A stretch of DNA of 64,000 nucleotides, from positions 32,001 to 96,000 of the IMG/VR virus record IMGVR_UViG_3300044658_000058; one strand, written 5' to 3'. This document shows, in pieces, positions 27,007 to 35,962 of this stretch; position 1 is the first letter of the stretch, and every line of letters begins with the position of its first letter. Source of the DNA: a virus. The position numbers were made by a program, and so were the translations under genes. Under the pieces are notes generated by a model, which saw only the letters and a program-made list of their open reading frames with translations, searched no databases and had not been told where the DNA came from.

Positions 27007-27483
27007 TTAGCAACTCTTTACGTGTTTATCCCACTCTGTTTCTTTCGGAGTGGCTTTCATGATCATATTTTTCCATGAGCGATCTTTGTCCGCAGCGGAA
27101 CGACGCTTTTTGTTAACAACGAAGGTTGTGAAAGTCTTACCTTTACGAGAAGTCGAGATAGTGTGAGCGCCCATGTCTTCTGAAACCGGCTCTACTTCTT
27201 CCTTTGCAACTTGCTTATTGCCCGAGGACATTGTAGAAACAGCCTTCTTATTCTTGATCTTTTCAGGAGTTTTGTTCTGAATGTTATCTTTGATATTGGC
27301 GTTAGCAAAAGCTACTTTGTCTTCGTCTCTATCTGCTTCTGTACTTTCTTCGAATACTTCTGGTGCAACTTCGGAAGCAACAGCTTCACAAATGTTGCTT
27401 GCCTTTTCAGCCAACTTAGCTCTTACGTCATCGAAAAATTTAGATGGTGCGCCTTCCATAAGGCTGATAAGTGATTTCTTCAT
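27007..27483 (-). CDS. Prohead core protein (gp67/gp68 position)
   Basis: Charged ORF between portal and protease, with KEE motifs. Confidence 0.6.
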   Translation of the reverse strand: MKKSLISLMEGAPSKFFDDVRAKLAEKASNICEAVASEVAPEVFEESTEADRDEDKVAFANANIKDNIQNKTPEKIKNKKAVSTMSSGNKQVAKEEVEPVSEDMGAHTISTSRKGKTFTTFVVNKKRRSAADKDRSWKNMIMKATPKETEWDKHVKSC

Positions 27484-27488
27484 TGTTA

Positions 27489-28616
27489 TTAATCCTTTGT
27501 TATTTTATCTACAGCTTTCGCCATGTATTTTCGACGTTGCCAACTCTTTTCAAAGAACTTGTCAGCCAACTTACTGTCCTTTTCGCCTTGCTGATAATTG
27601 GCGTAATTTTTATTCTTTATTTCATCACGCACACGATTTGCACGATCACCATAGCGACCGGTAGCCGCTGATCGTGTTGCTACATCGTGAGAAGCTTTCT
27701 TGATATAGTCGCCAAGTTTAGCTTTCGACAATTCGTCAAGCTGTTCTACTTCCTCTTTTACTGGCTTCTTTGAACCACCATGACCTTTCAGCAAAGAATG
27801 AATAAGTTTGCTTTCTTTCTTACCAATACGGCGACCGGCTCTATTCGATGACTCGATAGATTTGTTCACTGCATCTGCATTGTATTCGGCTTCTTCTAGT
27901 TCAATCTCTTCTTTTACTGCCTTATTTTTTCTACCAAGAGTATTGAGTCCTTTTACTCTATTCGAGAATTTCTTATCTGTGTTGTGACTTTTACCGTCAT
28001 AACGAAGAATTTGAGTTTCTGCATGATCTTTATATTTTGCCAATTTTTCTTGTGACAATTCGTCAAGCTGTTCTACTTCCTCTTTGACAGTCTTCTTTTT
28101 GCCAGAGAAAAGAGCTTTAAGCTTTGCACGACGTTCTTTCCTCTTTTCCTGTGCTTTTTCATAGGAATCGACGCCTGAACCATAAAAATTTGTTGCGACC
28201 GCAATGTCTTTCATCATACCTTCGTCAATGCTTTCAGAGCGAAGCGCACGTTCGTTGGTCGTGTATGTCTTGCCGACAAAATTTGTGTTCTTTGGACTCT
28301 TCGAAGCAGCGAAGTCGTTCAACTGATTGTAGGCGTCACGATCATCCGGACGCTTGATGTTTTTGATACGAGCGTCTTTCCTCTTCTTTGGCTTCGTTAC
28401 ATCACCGGTTAATTCATCCGTATCATCTTCGACCGAAACGTTATCGAGATGTTGCTTCATCATGGCCTTGTGGCCGGGAGTCATTTCGTTCAGGAGAGAT
28501 TCCGTAAGATTTTCTGCCATATCCGCAATGACGGACTCTGCCTTTTCTGTGAGAGAATCGGTCAATGGGGTGAAATCACCCTTCAACAAATCGAGAATGT
28601 TTTGTGTTTTGATCAT
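27489..28616 (-). CDS. Internal head/core protein with VKEE...LDE repeats
   Basis: VKEEVEQLDELS twice plus VKEEIELEEA; late promoter at 28641. Confidence 0.65.
   Translation of the reverse strand: MIKTQNILDLLKGDFTPLTDSLTEKAESVIADMAENLTESLLNEMTPGHKAMMKQHLDNVSVEDDTDELTGDVTKPKKRKDARIKNIKRPDDRDAYNQLNDFAASKSPKNTNFVGKTYTTNERALRSESIDEGMMKDIAVATNFYGSGVDSYEKAQEKRKERRAKLKALFSGKKKTVKEEVEQLDELSQEKLAKYKDHAETQILRYDGKSHNTDKKFSNRVKGLNTLGRKNKAVKEEIELEEAEYNADAVNKSIESSNRAGRRIGKKESKLIHSLLKGHGGSKKPVKEEVEQLDELSKAKLGDYIKKASHDVATRSAATGRYGDRANRVRDEIKNKNYANYQQGEKDSKLADKFFEKSWQRRKYMAKAVDKITKD
27727..28085. repeat. Exact 32-bp direct repeat (27727-27758 and 28054-28085)
   Basis: gacaattcgtcaagctgttctacttcctcttt occurs twice. 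Confidence 0.85.
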
Positions 28617-28660
28617 TTAAGTATCCTATATTGTTCAAAATATTTATGAAAATAAGGATT

Positions 28661-30364
28661 TTAGCTAAACCATCTCTGCTTTGGGTTAGCGTTGTCCTCT
28701 TTGTCGTCGGAACCTTCATCCATGCCGTCTTGGCCCGGCATTCCACCAGCATCTTGACCGGCTGGACCGCCGAATTGATCACCACCACCGAAGCCGCCGC
28801 CGAATTGGTCACCGCCGAAGCCTCCATCCATACCCATGCCGCCGCCGAAGCCTGACATCTGGTACTCGGGCTCTTCATCAATTTCTTTCTTGATTTGAAT
28901 CCATTCTTCTTCCGACATGCGAAGTACGTTGGTACGAACCCAAGTCTGTGAATAGAATTTACCGATATACGGTTCGATATCACGCAAGTTTGATATGCGA
29001 GATTGCATGATTTCGCCTTCTTTCAATTCGGTAAAGAAGTTGTTTTCATGCCATGTGATGATAATGTCGTCTTTATACTTGTCCCATTCTGTTGAAGTTA
29101 GAATGGATTTCAAAATCAACTGGTCGCCAAGAATGTCTAGAAATACTTCTGCGAAACGTGAACGGAGGCGATTTACAAAATCGGAAAATTTCACTTCATC
29201 ACGGGAAATTTCGGATGGACGCCCAATATTGAAACCACCTTCTGAATCGAGGCGGCCAATTGGAACTTCCAAGGCTTCGTAAAGCTTCTTTTTGAAGTAT
29301 TCAACGTCGGTAATCTGACCAAGATTTTCACCGGCTGGCAGAGTTTCGACAGTCGTTCCCTTACCGTCACGTTGTGGGAACCAAAAATCTTCCAACATGG
29401 TGGCAATACGTTTGTCATCTGAAACCTGTCCTGTTTCCGGATCGAATTTCAGCTTCTTATTGTGCTTGCGCATGATTTCAGCCACATACTGTTCGGCTTT
29501 CATCTTCGGCAAGTTGCCAACTTCGATATTGAAAATTCTTCTTTCTGGTGCACGGGCGATACGATAGATGACCACGGCATCTTCCATCATGCGGAGCGTG
29601 TTGTACGCCTTGATCGCCTTATGAAGATTTGAGAGGATCATCGTGTTGTCGTTATTGCGAATGCCCGAGTGGACATAGGTAATCGAGTTTGGGGAAATCG
29701 GAATACCCTGTGGATTCTTACGGTTCACCCCTTGACTATTGTATACGAAGTATTCGATATACTTTTTGTTTACTTCCAAACTATTGGTGATAATGTTGGC
29801 GTAGCTTGGAACACGCTTGTTGTTCTTTACAAGCTCTTTAACTTTTTTGATTTTACGTGGATCAACATTACGGAGTTCATAGATTCCGTTTGTCGGATCA
29901 TTTTCGTCGATCATTTTATGATAATAGATACGACCATCCACATACCATTGGCGGAAAATATTGTAACAATCTTTCTTGAAGTTCATCATCTTCAAGATGG
30001 CATCAAATTCCTTTTTGATGGCGTGACGAGTGTTTTCCCCGATATCGATCTTTTGCGTATCAATATCGACTGGACCAGTAGGAGAAGTATAGTCAAAGGC
30101 TTCATTGATGATGTCTTGGATAGCCTTGTCTACTTCCTGTTGTTCGGAAAGAAGTCTATATTTGGAGATAAGAGCGGCTTCATCGACGGTAGAATTGTCG
30201 AGAGCAACGCCATAATTGTAAAAACCAGATGCATTGGAACCAATTTCCAATGCACCATCGTTATCATTCTTTTCGATAACTTGAAGTGTTGACGCTTCAC
30301 GTATCCTACGTTCTTCGTCAACACCTTTATTCAGCTTATAGCCAAAGAATCTATTCATTACCAT
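28661..30364 (-). CDS. gp20: Portal protein
   Basis: FRQWYVDGR, MEDAVVIYRIARAPERR, EDFWFPQR, EISRDEVKF. Confidence 0.97.
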   Translation of the reverse strand: MVMNRFFGYKLNKGVDEERRIREASTLQVIEKNDNDGALEIGSNASGFYNYGVALDNSTVDEAALISKYRLLSEQQEVDKAIQDIINEAFDYTSPTGPVDIDTQKIDIGENTRHAIKKEFDAILKMMNFKKDCYNIFRQWYVDGRIYYHKMIDENDPTNGIYELRNVDPRKIKKVKELVKNNKRVPSYANIITNSLEVNKKYIEYFVYNSQGVNRKNPQGIPISPNSITYVHSGIRNNDNTMILSNLHKAIKAYNTLRMMEDAVVIYRIARAPERRIFNIEVGNLPKMKAEQYVAEIMRKHNKKLKFDPETGQVSDDKRIATMLEDFWFPQRDGKGTTVETLPAGENLGQITDVEYFKKKLYEALEVPIGRLDSEGGFNIGRPSEISRDEVKFSDFVNRLRSRFAEVFLDILGDQLILKSILTSTEWDKYKDDIIITWHENNFFTELKEGEIMQSRISNLRDIEPYIGKFYSQTWVRTNVLRMSEEEWIQIKKEIDEEPEYQMSGFGGGMGMDGGFGGDQFGGGFGGGDQFGGPAGQDAGGMPGQDGMDEGSDDKEDNANPKQRWFS

Positions 30365-30413
30365 AGAGGATGATATCCTTTTTTATTTAACTATATTGAA
30401 TATATAGCTAATT

Positions 30414-30974
30414 TTAGATATCAGTACCGCCAGCGAAGCCAGTTGTGCTTTGATCACCAGATGTCCAGTAGTCAACGGAGAACGTCACCGGATAGCTGAT
30501 AACGTCATCCTGTCCCCAATCCATGCCGATAGCACCAACAGAGATAGGCCAAATACCGTTGAACTTGTATTCACGAAGAACGTTGCCATTCTGTGAGTAC
30601 AAAGTAACGTCAGCAATAGACTTGTATAGAGTCTGTTCAGAAGTTGGGAGTCTTCTAATGTTGCCAATTGGAGAGTTGATTGAGTTTACCCATTCTTCCA
30701 TTGCGTTACGGATCAAATGATCTTCATCACCAATGATTGTAACTTCCCAATCGGAATAGTTCTGGGTTACACCAGCAACCTTGATCGCACGACCGAAGTA
30801 ATTAACCGCAATAGGGTTTGTGTCCTTCTGTGGAACGTTGGTTGCACGGCAAAGGAATGGAAGAACCGAGTCAGCCTGTCCGTTTACCGGGTTGGTGATT
30901 TTCACCTGAAAGAGGTTCGTTCTTGCGCCACCATAACGGAGAGCCGAACGGAATGAGTTGATATTAAAAGCCAT
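30414..30974 (-). CDS. gp19: Tail tube protein
   Basis: GARTNLFQV, YFGRAIKVAG, W.VTI..DED..IR, WPISVG. Confidence 0.95.
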   Translation of the reverse strand: MAFNINSFRSALRYGGARTNLFQVKITNPVNGQADSVLPFLCRATNVPQKDTNPIAVNYFGRAIKVAGVTQNYSDWEVTIIGDEDHLIRNAMEEWVNSINSPIGNIRRLPTSEQTLYKSIADVTLYSQNGNVLREYKFNGIWPISVGAIGMDWGQDDVISYPVTFSVDYWTSGDQSTTGFAGGTDI

Positions 30975-31017
30975 GGTTAACTCCCAAGTTTCTTATTATT
31001 TTACTTATATTTAGACG

Positions 31018-31047
31018 AAAAAAGGCTGGTGCCAAAGACACCAGCCC
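31018..31047 (-). terminator. Terminator after the sheath gene
   Basis: GGCTGGTG-tctttgg-CACCAGCC followed by T6. Confidence 0.7.
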
Positions 31048-31103
31048 AAGGTTGTTAGTCTATATTCTTCTTATTATTGAAAGTATTTAGACTAACCAAT
31101 TTA

Positions 31104-33023
31104 TTACTCACCAAACTTGCCAACGATTTCTTCGAAGGCCACACCGGTACGTGTTGCGATGAAGTTCAAACGAATGAATTCAGCTACACGGGCTGGCTTA
31201 ATGTAAATGTCACCTACCATTTCGTTGCGGTCGATAACTTCTGGTGTGTTGTTTGTTTCGTCACAGACAACTTTGAAGTCATAGATGCCACGACGGCCCT
31301 GAATGTCACGCAAGAATGGTTCAACCATGTTGCGGAACTGTGCACGTGTGAATTCATCGTTGAATTCGAACAACTGGTAACGAGACGCCTTCGCAATCGC
31401 CTTTTCGAGAACGATGAACAGACGACGGACGTTGATGCGGTCGAACGCCGATGGCTTCGAAAGCAATGTCTTCTGTCCGAAGAGAACTGTTCCATCACCG
31501 GGGAATGTCGCCACCGGATTGATGTTGTTCTTGTAGAGCGTGTCACGGTCGGCCTGACGTGGGTTCCAAGCAAGCTTGATCACGTTCTTGATCTGGCCAC
31601 GGTTGAAACCGGCAGCGGCCCACCAAGGATCACGGTCTGTGTCGGTCTTAACGTGAAGACCGGCAATGTCGCCGTTCATTGGAACATAACGGTACAAATC
31701 GTTGTAACGGTCGTACTGCCATTTCCAGTTGTTATCCAAAGCAGCATATGAAGTAACAGGCAGAGTATTTCTGTATGTTACGATATCCGCAGCTTCGTCA
31801 CCCTTGTTATTTACGGCATATGAACGTGGTGGAGACAAGAATGCAACACAGTCCAAACGAACTTCGCAAATGTTGTTAATGATGTATGTTGCCAATGTCT
31901 GTGTAGCGTCCGAACCAATAAGGATCGAGACTTCAACGTCTTCCGGAGAAGCAAACATTGAGTAACCACGAATCTTTTCCGAATTTCCGATGGTTGTTCC
32001 ATCAGAACCGTGATCAAGAGAACTGTTGATAGGCAAAACTGGCGCTACGAATGCCGTAGTCGAAGCTTGGTTACCAGTGTTTGTCAAAGATGAAGGATGA
32101 CCGGCCCAACGGATATAATCAGACTGTTGATTGATTACTTCCTTGTAATATGAAGTAGCACCATTGTCATACTTGGCATCTACAGCTTTCGAAATCTTCT
32201 GATAAACTTCAAGGACTTCGCCACGCTGATTTGTCCAAAGACCATCTTCGTCAACGACAACGACGTGCATTTCATCGTCTGAACCACCAAGATTTGCAAC
32301 GTAGTCAGAAGTACCCGGAGCGTTGTCAACTACAGTGTAGAATTCCCAACGACGCACGGCAGTCTGGCCAGTACCGCCAGCAATGTGACGTGAATCGAGA
32401 GTCAACGAAGTTGTATTACCGATTGCAGCAACAGAGTGAGTTTCGCCATTGATAACCAAAAGGTCACCAACAACAACCTGTGTTGTAAAGTTTGTTCCAG
32501 TACCGGTAACTGTAAGAGTATTTGCAGTAACGGAAACTGTACCAGTCAAAGTAGACTGATAAGCAGCCGCCGAAGGGCAAACCGCTACTTTCAAAGAGTT
32601 ACCCATAGCGCCAGCGAACTTAGCAATCCATGGACCAGTATTGAAAGAAGATTGAAGACTACCAGTGTCGTAAGAAGCAGAATATTCTTCATCGTTACGA
32701 ACAAGGAAACCGGCTGTACCGGCAGAAGCGTTGGTAGCTCTTAGAGCGGTGTTAGCGTTGTTATCGTTGACAACACGAACAATCCATAGGTTGTTAGCGT
32801 ATGCCAAGAAATTAGCAGCCGAGAACCAGTCGTTAGCGACAGTATTGTTTGGTTTCCAGAAAGTATCGACAAGCTCTTGTTCTGAATCGATAGAGACAAG
32901 CTGATCTACTGGACCCCACTGGAAAGAACCGGCCAAGCCACCTTCCGTAGTCGAAACCGCAGGAATGATATTGGTTGTGTCGAATTCTTTTACGTACACA
33001 CCGGCTGATAAATAGAATGGCAT
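31104..33023 (-). CDS. gp18: Contractile tail sheath protein
   Basis: SAGVYVKEFD, FQWGP, PWWAAAG.NRG, FDRINVRRLF. Confidence 0.97.
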   Translation of the reverse strand: MPFYLSAGVYVKEFDTTNIIPAVSTTEGGLAGSFQWGPVDQLVSIDSEQELVDTFWKPNNTVANDWFSAANFLAYANNLWIVRVVNDNNANTALRATNASAGTAGFLVRNDEEYSASYDTGSLQSSFNTGPWIAKFAGAMGNSLKVAVCPSAAAYQSTLTGTVSVTANTLTVTGTGTNFTTQVVVGDLLVINGETHSVAAIGNTTSLTLDSRHIAGGTGQTAVRRWEFYTVVDNAPGTSDYVANLGGSDDEMHVVVVDEDGLWTNQRGEVLEVYQKISKAVDAKYDNGATSYYKEVINQQSDYIRWAGHPSSLTNTGNQASTTAFVAPVLPINSSLDHGSDGTTIGNSEKIRGYSMFASPEDVEVSILIGSDATQTLATYIINNICEVRLDCVAFLSPPRSYAVNNKGDEAADIVTYRNTLPVTSYAALDNNWKWQYDRYNDLYRYVPMNGDIAGLHVKTDTDRDPWWAAAGFNRGQIKNVIKLAWNPRQADRDTLYKNNINPVATFPGDGTVLFGQKTLLSKPSAFDRINVRRLFIVLEKAIAKASRYQLFEFNDEFTRAQFRNMVEPFLRDIQGRRGIYDFKVVCDETNNTPEVIDRNEMVGDIYIKPARVAEFIRLNFIATRTGVAFEEIVGKFGE

Positions 33024-33121
33024 GGAATTACTCCCTATTATTATTGTTATATGCGGGAGTATTTAGGATTCGGCCCTTTTTAACTTAATTTTGACCTAAA
33101 TAGAGGTAAAAATGGTCAATT

Positions 33122-33433
33122 ATGACCATGCGGGGCACGATATTGGATACAAAGAATCCTTTCTTTGGGAAAAAGCACACGGCTGAATCCCGCAAAAAAA
33201 TCAAAGAGAATCATGTTGGTATGTCTGGGAAAAAACATTCTCCGGAAACGAAAGAAAAAATGTCAGCCGCTCATACTGGACGAAATTGGGTCTACAAAGG
33301 AATGGTGAACAAATCCATTCCGAGCGAAGAACTGCAAACCTATCTGGATAACGGTTGGCTACGGGGCAGAGCTATCGATAAAAGAGGATCGAAGAGCTAC
33401 ATGTTGAAATTTTTGTTTGAAAATTCCCCTTGA
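33122..33433 (+). CDS. NUMOD3-only protein (homing endonuclease DNA-binding remnant)
   Basis: NPFFGKKHT, GKKHSPETKEKMS, YLDNGW.RGR; no nuclease motif. Confidence 0.65.
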   Translation: MTMRGTILDTKNPFFGKKHTAESRKKIKENHVGMSGKKHSPETKEKMSAAHTGRNWVYKGMVNKSIPSEELQTYLDNGWLRGRAIDKRGSKSYMLKFLFENSP

Positions 33434-33458
33434 CATTCATTCATATAACCGATATATT
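33430..33458 (+). promoter_or_regulatory. Sigma70-type early promoter
   Basis: TTGACA-17 nt-TATATT. Confidence 0.65.
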
Positions 33459-33494
33459 GAAACCATAGTCATCGATTTAATGAAAGGTTTGTGA

Positions 33495-33704
33495 ATGGCT
33501 GATAAAGGCAACCGGGTTCAGATGGCGCAGATTGTTGCGTTCGCCAATTTTCCCGATTTGAAGCGCTTTCCCGACGAACGACACATTGTCGTGCGCAAAG
33601 AGTTGCGGCGCAATTTCGGGAATCTTAAGGACCAGTACGACTTGGCCCTTGCCAAGCTGGCCGCCGAACAGCGCACCATTCCCATTTCCCTTCCGGTCGC
33701 ATAA
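33495..33704 (+). CDS. Hypothetical protein
   Basis: AAGG RBS, 69 aa. Confidence 0.6.
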   Translation: MADKGNRVQMAQIVAFANFPDLKRFPDERHIVVRKELRRNFGNLKDQYDLALAKLAAEQRTIPISLPVA

Positions 33705-33705
33705 G

Positions 33706-33885
33706 ATGGGTTGGCTTATTCCGATACCATTTTTGTTGGTGCTGTTGGCCATCGTCTGGCGAGCCCAACGAAAGCATGTGGCCGGGCGGGAAGCCCTGAT
33801 CGAATCGCAGGCGAAGCGTATCAAGGAACTTGAATACGAAAACTATTGCCTGAAATACCCACTGTTAAGGAGTCGAGATGACTGA
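33706..33885 (+). CDS. Small membrane protein
   Basis: MGWLIPIPFLLVLLAIVW hydrophobic start. Confidence 0.55.
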   Translation: MGWLIPIPFLLVLLAIVWRAQRKHVAGREALIESQAKRIKELEYENYCLKYPLLRSRDD

Positions 33886-34249
33886 ACAAGGTGAGAAGCC
33901 GGACAATTTGGATTATTACATTGTCCGTGGCGGAATGTCGTGGGGACGTGACGAAGACCTTAAGACGGCCTTCTTCAATTGGTTCAAGAATGAACGGCCA
34001 ATAGGCGATACCAAGGTCGTCGTCCACCAAGTCGCCGCCAGTGCCACGGTCGATGATTTCGGTCGCCTGAACTGGTTTGAAAAAGACGGGGAGCCGCCGA
34101 AGTTGGGCGAAATCGTCGTCACCAAGAAGCTCATTGACCGGTACAACGCCGTCATGAACGATCTTGACGAACTTCTAGTGCCGGTCGAAGAAAAATTCGA
34201 TTGGGACTTGGCCATGCACAACGGAGAAAAAGCCGATGAAAAAGCTTGA
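33878..34249 (+). CDS. Hypothetical protein
   Basis: AAGGAG RBS, 123 aa. Confidence 0.7.
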   Translation: MTEQGEKPDNLDYYIVRGGMSWGRDEDLKTAFFNWFKNERPIGDTKVVVHQVAASATVDDFGRLNWFEKDGEPPKLGEIVVTKKLIDRYNAVMNDLDELLVPVEEKFDWDLAMHNGEKADEKA

Positions 34250-34369
34250 ACCAAAGGTAGGTGATGTGGTCGCCTTCAACAAACTGCCGGATGCCGCATG
34301 GTTCGACGTTCTGGAAATTCAATTTGGCACTGATGGCACACGATTTTCTGATTTTTTGGCTTTTTGTTG

Positions 34370-34400
34370 TTGACAAACGAATAAAACTCTTTTATAAATA
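34370..34400 (+). promoter_or_regulatory. Composite sigma70/late promoter for tmRNA
   Basis: TTGACA-17 nt-TATAAA; the -10 is also a perfect TATAAATA. Confidence 0.7.
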
Positions 34401-34404
34401 TACA

Positions 34405-34685
34405 TGAAACTGTTCGACGCCAAAGAGGATGACTGCAACACGGCGGTTCAAATCCGCCCACCTCCACCAAAACTCTCGACTCCACTTTATTTAGTCGAAA
34501 TATGGGGGTGACTTGGGATCGACTGCGGTAGGAATTTGAGGTTTAGGTTTCCGGCATTGTACCGCCGTTACCGGGCTAAACAAAGTAAGAGACAACGATA
34601 ACTTCGTTCCTCTGGCTGTCGCTGCCTAATCAGCAGTAAGCCAATGAGTTTTGGCGGTTGAACTTGGAAACAGAATCAACCGTCG
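34405..34685 (+). ncRNA. ssrA: Two-piece (permuted) tmRNA
   Basis: Acceptor piece ends GGCGG-TTCAAAT-CCGCC-CACCTCC-ACCA (34469); 34-nt spacer; coding piece starts GGGGGTG (34504) giving G3-U70; tag 34591-34629 reads DNDNFVPLAVAA*; outer boundaries approximate. Confidence 0.93.
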
Positions 34686-34711
34686 CTTCCATTTTTCAGG
34701 GAACAATTTGA

Positions 34712-34837
34712 GTAGAATATGAAACATACGCTCGCAATCCAAAGTTCTATAACGGAACGTTCTGTTGCCAGTGCAAAGAACACAAGCCTTTGAGTGAATT
34801 CCATTGGTCTGGCACAACGGAAGTGGTTGGGTCTTGA
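34712..34837 (+). pseudogene. Start-less fragment of a Zn-finger-like phage gene
   Basis: Frame VEYETYARNPKFYNGTFCCQCKEHKPLSEFHWSGTTEVVGS* follows an in-frame TGA and has no start codon for the N-terminal part. Confidence 0.4.
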
Positions 34838-35058
34838 AAAAAGACCTAGACCCAGATTTTTGGGATGATTTCGTTTCTCTTGCACAGTCTTATGCTTCCA
34901 TTATGCAAGGCGACGTTTACGATAGTCAGATAAATTCTGCCTATGCCATCATGAAGAAATATGGCCTTGACGAGTATGGCCATCCTCCGGAAGACGAAGA
35001 AGACGACACGCCGGTTTACACCAACAATGGACCTAAGCCGAAGAAGGCGTCGGATTGA
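34834..35058 (+). CDS. Hypothetical protein
   Basis: TTG start, acidic 74-aa ORF. Confidence 0.55.
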   Translation: MKKDLDPDFWDDFVSLAQSYASIMQGDVYDSQINSAYAIMKKYGLDEYGHPPEDEEDDTPVYTNNGPKPKKASD

Positions 35059-35285
35059 ACGAATTCCTAAATGACTTCGAATCTCTGTTCGGAGTCCCCG
35101 ACAAGCCCAAGCGAGACTTCACCAAGGAAGTCCAAACCACCCAAGCAAATCCGGATGCTAAGAAGCTGATAACCATTCGGCTTGACCGGGATATTTTAGC
35201 ATATTTTCAACAGCAAGGCGAAGGGTATCAAACCCGAATCAATAATGCTTTGCGAGAATTCATGAATCAAAGATTAAAGAAATGA
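35055..35285 (+). CDS. BrnA-family antitoxin (RHH domain)
   Basis: KKLITIRLDRDILAYFQQQGEGYQTRINNALREF. Confidence 0.85.
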   Translation: MNEFLNDFESLFGVPDKPKRDFTKEVQTTQANPDAKKLITIRLDRDILAYFQQQGEGYQTRINNALREFMNQRLKK

Positions 35286-35380
35286 TGTTTGTATTAGGCG
35301 TTCTATTTGGCGCAATCGTAGTTGCCATAGTTGGCCTAGCCTTATTGGGCTACTTTTTTAAAGATTTCATGAGATACTAA
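35282..35380 (+). CDS. Single-TM micro-protein (32 aa)
   Basis: MMFVLGVLFGAIVVAIVGLALLGYFFKDFMRY; ATGA-coupled to the upstream gene. Confidence 0.55.
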   Translation: MMFVLGVLFGAIVVAIVGLALLGYFFKDFMRY

Positions 35381-35382
35381 GT

Positions 35383-35763
35383 GTGCGCTTAATCAGCGAA
35401 CAGGAATTTTCAGAAAAATTAATTTTTGAACTTTCCGACGAAGAATTTTCGGAATTTGGAGTGGTCACCGGGCCGGGTCGTTCAGGCGCAATCGCCTCTG
35501 TTTATGCCTCTCACTTCCTCCACATACCATTCATCCCGTATGGTGCAAACGCACCGGTCCACCTTGGCCGCTTGCTGATTATTGACACTGCTGAACAGAC
35601 CGGGAAGACCATCCGCAAAGCATCACGTCGTTATGAGAATGTGCCGCATACCGTGTTCACGCTCTACAAAGAGCCGCCACGGGTTTATTTTTGGTATGAG
35701 AATCAGCCACAACGACAAGAAAGAATAAATGAACAATCTACCGAACATTCTGACCAAGGATAG
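35383..35763 (+). CDS. Phosphoribosyltransferase-like protein
   Basis: VTGPGRSGAI and degenerate PRPP loop LLIIDTAEQTGKT. Confidence 0.65.
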   Translation: MRLISEQEFSEKLIFELSDEEFSEFGVVTGPGRSGAIASVYASHFLHIPFIPYGANAPVHLGRLLIIDTAEQTGKTIRKASRRYENVPHTVFTLYKEPPRVYFWYENQPQRQERINEQSTEHSDQG

Positions 35764-35962
35764 TTTTTCTAAGGAAGTCGAAAAATTCGTTCTGGAAACC
35801 GGTTCCGATTATATGGATGCCGTGCTGCACATTTGTCAGCTTAGGGATATAGAGCCCGAAACAGCCGCCAAGCTTCTGAATGCCAATCTGAAAAACATGA
35901 TTGAAAAGGAAGCTAGTTCCCTGAACCTAGTCGAGAAAACACAAAGCCTTTCATTCGAATGA
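35729..35962 (+). CDS. gp33: Late promoter transcription co-activator
   Basis: FS.EVEK...YMDAV...C....IEPETAAKLL...LK..IE.EA..LNL. Confidence 0.9.
   Translation: MNNLPNILTKDSFSKEVEKFVLETGSDYMDAVLHICQLRDIEPETAAKLLNANLKNMIEKEASSLNLVEKTQSLSFE

Noticed and set aside
29669-32744. Long plus-strand ORFs opposite the portal and sheath genes
   Set aside because: Antisense shadows of codon-biased genes, with no recognisable motifs.
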